Below are positions 35,501 to 46,544 of a DNA stretch of 64,000 nt, piece by piece; position 1 is the first letter of the stretch, and each line of letters opens with the position of its first letter. This DNA is from Paramoeba atlantica (lineage: Eukaryota > Protista > Discosea), in assembly GCA_977017575.1 (NCBI GenBank), contig CDRNVI010000179.1, positions 17,396-81,395 on the forward strand, in the 5' to 3' direction. A program made the position numbers and the translations under genes. Under the pieces are notes generated by a model. That model did not search any database and was not told the origin of the DNA. It was given only the letters and a program-made list of their open reading frames with translations.

Positions 35501-36614
35501 GTCGCAAGCGCATCATCCCCTCGAAGTGGCACTCATCAATCCTCTTCTCTCTTCTCCTCTGTTTCGGGAACATCATCAACATCAAATTCTTCAGCAATTG
35601 GAGAAAATAGTGAAAGACAGAGGGTCAAGACAGAACAAAACGAAGGTAAAAACGACCCAAAAAAAGTAGAAAAAATGTTCATGTCTCCTATTTTTGTGGC
35701 TCCATCTCCTCGAACTTTGTTTGGTGGACTTGATTCTCCCTTTCCTTCACTGGCGGTTCTTTTTATTTTATTTTTGTTTCCTGTTTATTTTTTTTTCTCC
35801 TTTGTTGTTGTGTTTTGTTAAAATGTGGTGTTTTTTTTATATAGAGTCCGATGGGTGCGTCACCGATGACTTCAGCAAAGTCTCCCAGTTCACGAAAGCA
35901 AAAGACACCGACACAATCGATCAAAAAATCGTTCGTATTTTTTCCAAGACTTCCAATGGTATTCTCTTTAATTCATTTTTCTCCTCAGGTTAGGTGAGAA
36001 GACTGGGGCTATTTTACAGAAGGATCTGGGAAAATTTTCTTCCCCATCTTTTGTCCAGACGTCATCAAATACCCCTTCAGCAATTGCAACGAAAAATGGT
36101 TTCTCTCTCTCTCTCTTTCATCTTTTTCTGTTCCCTTTTTTTGATCTGACTTTTTAATTTCAAAAAAAAAGAAAGCGGACCACCTGCACTCACACTTCCT
36201 GATTCGGTCATCCCAGAAGAGAAAGGTGACAAGGAGGGGGGGACAACTGGAGGGGGGGAAACAAAATCGCTCCAAACTCTTTTTGAAGGATCTCCTCCAA
36301 ATCTTTCTCCCAACTCATCTCAATTGTCCCTCCCATCCCTCTCCTCAGCGCTTTCCAGTCGTTTCGAAAAAGTTGTTGGCGGTGAAAAAGAAGCTGAATT
36401 GTTGGTTCTCTTTCTTACACGCCCACATCGTGATGTCTGTGGGCAAGTGCTCTATGATCTGTTAGATGCCTGGTTGAAAGGTCAAGATTCGTTAAAAGAT
36501 TGTTTATCGAGTTTGCCATGTGATGTGAAGATAACTCCAGAGAATAATCAGTTGGTTTACCACAACGGAGAGGGAGAGGAAATCATGCTTCATGAAGAAC
36601 AGTTCAACCCATGA
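32591..36614 (+). CDS. Large homeodomain-containing protein, multi-exon (~1000 aa)
   Basis: Spliced homeodomain RRRTRQNLSREVVEILEAQYQICPYVSQENCKQLLAQKT|GLPAQKIVKWFDNRRSKDRK; downstream exons chain in frame to ...HEEQFNP*; 3' linkage partly inferred. Confidence 0.8.
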
Positions 36615-36920
36615 AAAGTGGTTGATGATTTTTTTGAAAGGTGGGTGACAACGTTGTTAATTCTCCTTCAAGGGTCACGAAAAGGGGAATCCATTTTCCA
36701 TTTTTTTCAAGACAGAAGAGAAGAAAAAAAAAAAAGAAAAAAATAAATTTATTATTCACAAAAAAAAACGAAAAAAAAACGAAAAAAAAAAAACGAAGAC
36801 CGAAAAACGTTCCAAAAGAATAATTTTTTGTGCTCCTTTTCTTGGGAGGGAATGTAGTCCTTTTTGATTTTTTTTTCGTGGATGCGATTGTCGCTTTTTT
36901 GTTTTTTTTTTTGAAACAGA

Positions 36921-39900
36921 TCCGAAAAAGAGGATACGCACAAAACCTCCTTTGTTTTTTCTTTTTTCTTGTTCTTTTTCTCTCAAGAGATGTCCTTACG
37001 ATGAATTGGGTCTTGGAAGAGAAAAGGAGAGAGGATGAAGAGAAGAAGGGCCTTTTTTGGGTTGAGCTGACCTCTTATGACCATTTTCAGCTTGAAAAGA
37101 GAGTGGCGATGGTCTCTGGGGGCGAGCTTCCAGGTTGAGTATCAAATTCATCCCAAATCAAATCAAAATATTCACAAAAATCTTTTCAAAACACAGAAGA
37201 GAACACTGGAAATCCCTCAGCAGCTCAGTTTCGAGTCGTAAGTTGTTGTGGATTATCTTCAATGGATCGAGCGATCTTGGATTCAGTCAAGTTAGTTGAG
37301 ATTCGGTCTCTGTCCTCTCCTCTCTCTTTTTCGTCTGATCTACCTCCTGCCCCTCGAACCCCAAGTGAACGAAAAAAGAAATCAACTTCAATCTTTATGA
37401 AGTTTACAAAGAAAAAAGAAGAAAATTCAACGAAGAAGATCCCCCTGGTTTCATTTATGAATAATTCTTTTCTTCTGTTCCGCTCAAGAACAAGCGTTTC
37501 TCACATTGACTTCCTTTTCCCCCTCTTTTTTTCAGACCGATTTAGAACGTTCATCCAAATCATTGAGCGCTTTGGACAATTATTTTCCTGATATGTTTAT
37601 TATTTATTCATCAAGAGAACTGCCTGAGATTTTACCGGTGTGGCGGATGTTAATTTCGTTAGTTATCAACAAAGAAAAAGGAGTGACCAACATCACACCC
37701 ATTGCCAGTCTTATTCGGCTTGCTGCTCACCGGTTTTTTCTTTCTTTCTTTTCAAATTAGGGAACAAGAATACTAAATATCTACATTTTTTTCACCCCCT
37801 TCAGGTATCAAGTAGATGTGAAATCGATCAAGATGAAAATCACATTGGATCATCATTTAAGTGAAACAGCGTATTTGGATGAGTGGAATTGTTTGAAACC
37901 AAGAGGTCGTCGTCCTTCTTCCTTTCTCGAAAGATCTCCAAAGCAAGAAGAAATTTTCACAGCTTGTGAAGCTCGGTTCCGAAACCTTTTCTTTCTTCCT
38001 TTCTTCTGTTGTTTTGCCGAAACTCAATTTAATTAATTTTTCGTATTTTCAGAATGGTCCGCGTTGTTGACGAAAAATCATTTTCTGGTGTTTTGATTGT
38101 GACATCAAGTCATGTTAGTTTTTTAGTTGAAGAGGAGTTAAAGGAACCTCCTCTTTGCAAAAGACGAACAAAAAAGGAAAAGGAGAAGGCCGGGAACGTC
38201 ACAGAGGAAGAGAGAATGCAAGCATTGAGTGATGTGATAAATCAACTTGAAAAGAAGCACAATCGAATACCAATTCCTTTCTTGTCCGTGATGGCTCTCT
38301 GGCAAAACCATTGTGACTGCTCTGAAAATTGCTCAAATGACATCATCTCTATTCAAACAGTTATCAGTAAGGTACTCTTCTCTCTCTCTCTCTCTCTCTC
38401 TCCCCCCTCTTTTATTAATTTACCATCTCCTGATCTAAAATTTTCCTCTTCTCAGTATTCCATTGTGCTTACTTCTGCTTCTGCTTCAAAACAAGCATCT
38501 ATTGGCTATCTCATCGATCAACTCTGGAGATGGGTGATGGTATTAACACTACAAAGAGCAAAGGACACTTTCGACACTTTTGGTTTGGAAAGAAACAAAT
38601 CAATCAGTGTGAGAGACTTAAAAAAAATATCGAAAGAAGAGGACGAAGAAAAGAAATATGACACCGACATTCTACCTTTTTATAACATTCCTTTTGAACC
38701 GACTGAATGCGTGGTGAATACCCCTTGCATTTGTTGGGAAAATTATGTATATTTTCCGGGCCAGTTAAAAGCGACCCATGATGGACTAATTTTCCAAAGC
38801 GACGCAGCGATTGATTTAATGTCTTCTTCTCAAACTCAGCGTGGTGAACCACTTGTTTTCTCCATCCAATTTCCAACCATCACAGAGATTATGTTACCTA
38901 ACCCAATCCCAGCAATATCAGAGAGAGAGCGTGCTCACCTCATCCAAATCTCAACTATCAGAGGAAAAAAATTCTTATTTCAAGTTGAACAAGGCGATTC
39001 TATTCTCTTGTTATTCCAATTATGGGCAGTTTCAATTCGATCGCCACATTTTCGCCATGAAGGTCCTTCACTGATGACTCCACCTTCTTTGACTCTTTGT
39101 GAAACAACACTCTCAAAATCATGGTAATTTTGTTTTGAATTTATTTTTTGTGCATTTTTTTTTTTGTATTTTTCATTTATCATGATAAATTTAGTTCACT
39201 TTCATTCTTTGGAGGCCAGCAATTAAATTCAAAGATATTGCTGCGCGCTGATGTCCATGTTGATATGTGGCGAGATATCCATTTTCTTCAATCAATCGCG
39301 AGTGGAATCTCAGGTTTGGATTCCTTCTTTCAAAAATATTTACAGAGGCTCAAAAAAAAAAAGTCTTAGAATTTTCTTCTCTTTTAGATTTGCAGAGACC
39401 CTTTATCTGGCAAGTGATATCAGGGTCATTATCCAAGTACTCAGATTCAATTGCCCATTCACAAAGACAATGCTTGCTTCGATATGTTCCAGAAATTATT
39501 TCACGTGAGAATTATTATCTTCCTCAGGTATTTAAAAATTTCAATCAAAACCCAAAAGAAAGAGAGTGCAAATATATTTGAGATCATTCAAATGATCCTT
39601 TTTCTCATCAAAAAAATATTAATATTCAATTTTAAAAAAAAAATCAAAAAGGGGATTGTAAAAAAACTTGGTTCTACATATGAAGATTATTTATCCAATG
39701 CTCGAAAGAATCACAAAAAACACTTCATGGTTGGTTCATTTCATTTCATTTTTCTACTCTATATTTTAAAAGTATATTTTTGAAATCACCTTTTCACACC
39801 ACCAATTTTGTCTTTCTCTCAAAAAGGGGGAAATTGAAAAAGATTTGTATCGGAGTTTCCCAGAACATCCAATGTTTCAAGAAGATGAAGGAATCGCCTC

Positions 39901-41333
39901 TCTCCGAAGAGTTCTGGTTGCTTTTGGAATTCGAAATCCATCGATTGGTTATTGCCAGTCAATGAATATTCTTGCAGCTTTCTTATTATGTTGGATGGAT
40001 GAGGTTTTTGCATATTTTTTTCCCAGAATTTTTTAATCTCTCCTTCTCATTTTTCAAGTAGCAAAATGCTTTTTGGTTGCTTTGTGTTATCACTGAAAAC
40101 CTCATGATTGATTATTTTAATGCTTCAATGACTGGAGCTTGTCTTGATCAAAAGGTTTGAAAAGAAAATTTGGTCTTTAGAAAATAGAAAAGAAAGAAAA
40201 AAAAAAGGGGATCAAAGAAAAAATCAGGGAAGATTCCCATTTTCTTCAAAATGTGTAATTTTTTTTTGTCTCAAAAAAAGGTTCTTCAAGATTTGGTTGC
40301 TGAGTTACTCCCAGGACTGAACGATCATCTCCTTCTCCTCGGCTCTCAAAATTTACTTCCAGTTGTGACAACACAATGGTTTTTGTGCTTGTTCATTCAG
40401 TGCCTCCCTTGGCCGGTGGTGTTGCGGATTCTTGACAACTTTTTTGCGATCGGGATCCATTATCTTTTCCAGACAACTCTCGGATTGTTGGAATATTACT
40501 CGAATGCAATTTTAGAGATGGAAGATAGTGCAGAAGTTCTGATCCTTTTACGGAGTTGTGAAGAAGTTGAAGTTGAAGAGCTATTTCGGTGTATTGAAAA
40601 GTTTCGGTTGTCTGTGACCTCAAGTGTAATCAAGGAGTTGAGATCTGTTCATCGACCAGAATTGTTGAATCATATCGAAAACACAATTGATGAGAAGAGC
40701 GAGAACGACGCTGAAATGGAAGATCAATCCATGACCAAAGAAGAAGAACAGCAACTAAAAGTGAAAGAGGATAAACCACTCAAAAGCAAGAAGTCAAAAT
40801 TGGCTTCTATCTCTGTGCCGTCTTTAGCCAACATTAACCGAGCAGGCAAAACCGATGTCATCCAACAACAACAGAAGAAACTCACGCCCACCACACCTTT
40901 GGGGGTCAGTCCTGTTGGGAAATTCCAATCCAGAGAAAAATCAGTCCGCCATCGCTCTCTCTCAAGTGAAGTGGATACCACCGAAGCAAGAGGAGCGATT
41001 ACAAGGGGGGAGACTTTGCAACTCTTCCATATTGCAGATAATCTTCGCCATGGACGGTTCGAAAAGGCTTCAGGCAGAGGGTCTGGTTCTTTTTCTGCAA
41101 GAAAGAGTTCTGGTTCTTCACCAAGATGGGATATTGAGGAATTAAAAGATTTTTCTCCGAGCCTCTCAAGATCAAGAGCTGCGACAACTTATGAGAGAAG
41201 CCGACTCCAAGATTCATCACCAACTTTTGAAAAAGACAAGAAAGAACAAAAAGGAGGGAATGAAGAGAATGAAGCACAAGTAAGGGAAGAAAAAAAGGGA
41301 GAAGCAAAAAGAAACTTAAATAAAACTCCATGA
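36921..41333 (+). CDS. GRAM + TBC domain Rab GTPase-activating protein (TBC1D8/9-like architecture), multi-exon
   Basis: GRAM-like [13 protein letters not shown] and [15 protein letters not shown]; TBC catalytic KDLYRS and [36 protein letters not shown]. Start codon not located. Confidence 0.88.
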
Positions 41334-41448
41334 CAAAAAAAACATTATTTCCTGGAGGAAAAGAGAGATTTTTGATTCCCAATGTCAGAGAAGGGAAAAC
41401 CTAATTTTTTTCTTTCTTTTCATCAGGTTATTATCTTTATTTCTTCAA

Positions 41449-44234
41449 TCATTGATATTCTGTTTCTGTTCTCAAATTATCAAAAACTTGAATTGTTTGT
41501 CGAGCTGGTTTTATCGTCCGTCCCTACAACAACCAAAAAAATCAAAAAAATTGAAAAAAAAGGAAAATATCAACAAAAAGAAGAGAAAAAAAGAAATAAA
41601 ACCTTCAATTGGATGATCAATTCAACAATGTTACGATTTTTCGCAACATCAAGGACTGTTTTCCCAACCTAACACAAAAAAAGGAAAGAAAGTTTCAAAA
41701 AAAAAACCACTCCAACCCCCTCTATCCTCCCCCATTTCCCCCACCCACCACAATCCAACAATTCACAAATCAAAAAGAAAATGAAAACTTTGGTTTTACG
41801 CTCAACATTGGATCCATGTTCAACAAGAATTTCCACAATTTGTTCAAAACCTTTCCAAGCAGCATAATGAAGAGCGGTCATTCCATACTTTAACAAAAAG
41901 AAAGTTGTTAAACAAAGAATAAAAAAAATAAATATCACACAACACACAACCATTCACAATCAACATGAAACCACAAAGAATAAAATCAAAAAAAGAAAAT
42001 TAAAACTTCATCTTGAAGATGAATGTTGGATCCATGGTCAATAAGAATCATCACAATTCCTTCATGACCATTCTTAGCAGCAACATGAAGAGCAGTCTGT
42101 TTGTCCTAACACAAAAAGAAGTTTTTTTAAAAAAAGCAAAACAAAGCACACCACTCTCCATCCTATCTGAATTCCAAAGAATTAACAACAATTAAAGCCA
42201 AAAAAAGAAAATCAAAACTTTGTTTTGTTGCTGAATGTTGCACCCATGTTCCACAAATATTTTCACAATTTCCCCAAAACCATGGAGTGTTGCCCAGTGA
42301 AGAGGGGGATGTCCATCCTAACAAAAAAAGGGGTTTCAAAAGAACAAAAAACAAAATGAAATCACAATCCACCATTCACCCACCCTCCATCACAATAGCA
42401 AACAACCAAGAATGAATTACAAACAAAAGTGAGAAATAAATAAAATGAAAATTAAAAATAAACTTGATTTTGAAGATGACTGTGAGCACCATGTTCAAGT
42501 AAAATTTTTACAATTTCTCCAAAACCTTTTGCAGCATAGTGAAGAGCGGTGAATCCCTTCTGAACAAAAATAAGTTAAAAAAAAAAGAACAAATTACACA
42601 ATCACACCTTTCATCGCACCCTCCTATCATCAACAGAACCAAAGAATCAAAATTTGAGAGAAACAAAAAAAAAAGAAAACTTGATCTTGGAGATTAATAT
42701 TGGCACCAAGTTCAATCAGAATTTCGACAATTTCTTGATTCCCATTGAATGCAGCAAAGTGGAGAGCAGATTTTTTTCCTTGAAAAACCTAAAAAAACAA
42801 AAACAAAAAAATAAATCACAATCATGAAAAAGAAAACTTTATCTTGAAGATGAACATTGGATCCATGTTCAAGAAGAATTTTCACAATTCCTTCAAAACC
42901 ATGCCCAGCAGCGAGGTGCAGAACAGTCTTTCGATCCTGAACAAAAAGAAGTTTTTTTCAAAAAAAAGAGAAAGAGAAAGAAACAAAAGAGAAGGAGAAG
43001 AGAAGAGAAGAGAAGAGAAGAGAAGAGAAGAGAAGAGAAGAGAAGAGAAGAGAAGAGAAGAGAAGAGAAGAGAAGAGAAGAGAAAAAGAAAAAAAGAAAG
43101 AAAAAACCTTGTCATTGTACTGGAAATTGAAATCGATTTTTTGTTTTCTTTCTTGAAGAAGAAGATTGACAAATTCTTTATCCCCTTTCTCGACAGCATC
43201 CAAAAAACTGGTTCACAATTTGTTCATAACCTCTCTCAGCAGCAATGTGAAGAGCGGCCCATCCATTCTTTAACAAAAAGAAGTGAAAGAATAAAAACAA
43301 AATAAATATCACACAACCAACAAAACAACATGAACATCCAAGAATTTAACCACAACAAACAAAAATGAAAACAAACAAAAAAAGAAAATCAAAACTTCAT
43401 CTTGAAGATCAACACTGGATCCATGTTCAAGAAGAATGTTCGCAACTTCTTCAAAACCATAGTCAGCAGCATGGTGAAGAGCGGTCCAGCCATGCTTAAC
43501 AAAAAGAAATTGGTCAAAGAAAAAAAACAAATATCACAGAACATGAACAACCAAGAGAGTTCACCACAACAAAGAGATTATCTCTTTAAAATGCAAAATC
43601 AAAATCAAAAAAAAAAGAAAATCAAAAACATTATCTTGAAGATCAACATTGGATCCATGTTCAATCAGAATCTTCGCAATTCCTTCAAAAGAATTGTCAG
43701 CAGCTTTATGAAGAGGAGTCATTCCATCCTTAACAAAAAGAACTGATAAAAAGAACAAAACAGAACAAAATATCACACAACATGAACAAAGCCAAGAATT
43801 TAACCACAACAAATAAAACAAAGAAAAATCAAAAAGCAAAAAAGAAAAAAGCAAAACTTTGGTTTGAAGATCAACATCGGATCCCTGTTCAAGAAGAATC
43901 TTCACAATTTCTTCAAAACCTCTGTCAGCAGCACAGTGAAGAGCGGTTATTCCATCCTTGAACAAAAAGAAGGGTTCACAAAACAAGAACAAGAACAAGA
44001 GAGAAAAGAAAAAAAGAACAAAAGAAGAAAAAAAAGAGAGAAAAGGGGAACAGAGAGGTTAGAAAATAGTTTTTGAAAAAAAACCTTGTCATTGAACTTG
44101 AAGTTGATATCAAGTTTGAATTGTTCGTTTTCTTTTCCAAGAAGAAGAGCTTTGACAACTTCTTCATCTCCATTCTCAACACCTTCAAAAAGATTCTTTG
44201 TTTCTTTGTTTGGACTTTCTTCTTCTCCATCCAT
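41449..44234 (-). CDS. Ankyrin-repeat gene A, one repeat per exon, 13 exons; contains one out-of-frame chimeric exon
   Basis: Exons 44234-44085, 43956-43858, 43728-43630, 43494-43396, 43267-43108, 42936-42838, 42788-42681, ~42558-42463, 42317-42219, 42105-42007, 41887-41789, ~41668-41603 and a terminal exon. Repeat exons read xGxTALHxAAxxGFEEIVKILLEHGSNVDLQDK-like. Confidence 0.85.
42996..43084. repeat. (AGAAG)n intronic microsatellite, ~17 units
   Basis: Read directly from the sequence. Confidence 0.95.
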
Positions 44235-44360
44235 TCTTCTTCTTGTGATCTTTTTTGCAGAAGAGAGAATTGGAGAAAAGCTTGGAGGGGGACACTCCAA
44301 TAATGGTGTCACCTTTTCTTTTCTCTTTCTCTTGATCACAAACAAACAGAAAGAAGAAGA

Positions 44361-45665
44361 ATGGATGGAGAAGAAGAAGGTCCAAACAAAGAAACAAAGG
44401 ATTTTTTTGAAAGTGTTGGGAAAGGAGATGAAGAAGTTGTCAAATTTCTTCTTCAAAAACAATTCAAACTTGATATCAACTTCAAGTTTAAGGACAAGGT
44501 TTTTCAGAAACAATTTTCTTTTCCTTTTTTTTCTTTCTTTCTTTCTTTTCTTTTCTCTCTTGGTTCTTTGTTTCTTTTTTTCACAATTTCTTTTTTGTGA
44601 AGTATGGACGGACTGCTCTTCACAGAGCTGCTTACTATGGTTTTGAAGAAATTGTGAAGATTCTTCTTGAACATGGAGCCAATGGTGATCTTCAAGAGGA
44701 AGTTTTGATTTTTCTGTTTTGATTTTTTTTTGTTGTTGTGGCTAAATTCTTGGAGGTTCATGTTGTTCTGTTGGTTGTGATACTTATTTCTTTTAAATAA
44801 TTTCTTTTTGTTCAGTGTGGCTGGACTGCTCTTCACTATGTTACTTTTGAAGGTTTAGAAAGAATTGTGAAAATTCTTCTTGAACATGGATCTAATGTTC
44901 ATCTTCAAGATAAAGTTTTCTTTTCCATTTTCTTTTTTCTTTTTTCTCTCTTTGTTTTTTGAGTTTGATTTTCTTTTTGTTCAGGATGGAGAGACTCCTC
45001 TTCACTATGCTGCTAAACATGGTTATAAAGAAATTGCCCAAATTCTGATTGAACATGGAGCCAATGTTGATTTTCAAGATCATGTTTTCCTTTTTTGATT
45101 TTTCTTTGGTTGTTTGTCATTTTTATATTTTGATTGTTGATGTGTTATTGATTGTTCTGATGGGAATGGAGGGTGTGGTGGGTGAAATGCTGGTGGACTG
45201 TCTGATTTGTTTTGTGTTCTTTTTTTTTTTTCCATTTTTTTTTGTTAGGATGGTAAGATTGCTCTTCACAAAGCTGCTTCCAGAGGTTTTAAAGAAACTG
45301 TGAAAATTCTTGTTGAACATGGCTCCAACATTCAACTTGAAGACCAAGTTTTCATTTTCTTTTTTGATATCAAATTTTTGATCATTTTTTTTGTGGTTCT
45401 TTTTTTTTTTGAAACTTTCTTTTTCTTTTTTGTTAGGATGGTAAAACAGCCCTTGATGTTGCAATAGATCAGAGCATTGTTGAATTGATCATCCAATTGA
45501 AGGTTTCATTTTTATTATTTTTTTCATTTTTTTTTATTGAGAAAAAACTCAATAATACAATGGAATAATTTTTCTAGGGTAATGAATGTTACTCATTATC
45601 TCACATTTGTTTTTTTCTTTTGGTTGCAGGGACAAACAATAAAATCAGCATCGAGGAGAGCTTGA
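44361..45665 (+). CDS. Ankyrin-repeat gene B, one repeat per exon, 7 exons
   Basis: Exons 44361-44498, 44603-44701, 44816-44914, 44985-45083, 45249-45347, 45437-45502 and 45630-45665, all phase 0; ends GQTIKSASRRA*. Confidence 0.88.
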
Positions 45666-45698
45666 GATGAATACCATGAGACAAACTCCTTAACACGT

Positions 45699-46415
45699 AT
45701 GATGTTCCAGATGATTTTGATAAAGACGAATTCCCACTTGTCCACCAAAGGCTGGTTTGAGACTCACCCCAGCCTCTCAACCCAATTTTTTTTTTCTCGC
45801 CCAGGGAGCACTCTGCAAAAAAAATTTACCCTCTTACAGAAGGAATATTTCGAACAAGAAGCCGAAGAGTTTCAAAAATTTTTGTCCGAATGATGTTGTG
45901 ATGCAATATCTTCACCTAATCTCTCAGTCTGTCCTGTTGAATCTCCTAATTCAAAGGGGCAAAAAATTGAGTGTCGTGCGACCCAAATTTCGAATCTAGA
46001 AGATTGGATTGTTGAGCTTGGATCAAAAGTTGCAGCCTTAAAGGAAGGAAGTATTGCAAGAGAAACAATTGAAAAACAAATTTCTTTGAAATGTGCAGAA
46101 CTTGATATGGAGTCGAAGATTTGGACCTTGGGTTCGCTGAGATCGTCCAAAAACATGGGAAGGAGGGAGAGAATCCACCAGTTGGTCTTGAAAATGCATC
46201 AAATAGCGATGATGTTTGTGATTTTGCACAAGCTGGATTGTCCTTTCAAATCCATCAATATCAATGATAAAATTATGAAGATGAGCACAATAAGAAAGAA
46301 TTTCTGTCTTTTTCTATTTCCTTTTTTTGCTCTTTGGCCCAATCAAAAGAGACAATTATGTCAACAAATCAACATCAACAAAAAGACCGACACCAACAAA
46401 TCGATCAGATTCTGA
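45699..46415 (+). pseudogene. Possible coding remnant (coiled-coil-like) interrupted by one TGA
   Basis: One frame is open from 45699 to 46415 except TGA at 45891-45893 (...EFQKFLSE*CCDAISS...LEDWIVELGSKVAALKE...). Confidence 0.3.
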
Positions 46416-46544
46416 TCCACGCCCTTTTCGTCTTTTTACTAAATGACGGTCGATCTTAAAAAGGAAAAATTTCGAATTTTACCGAAATTAGGAAATGGGG
46501 TCACGCGGTCACCTCCTCGGTTGTTTTTCCAAAAAAAAAAGGGG

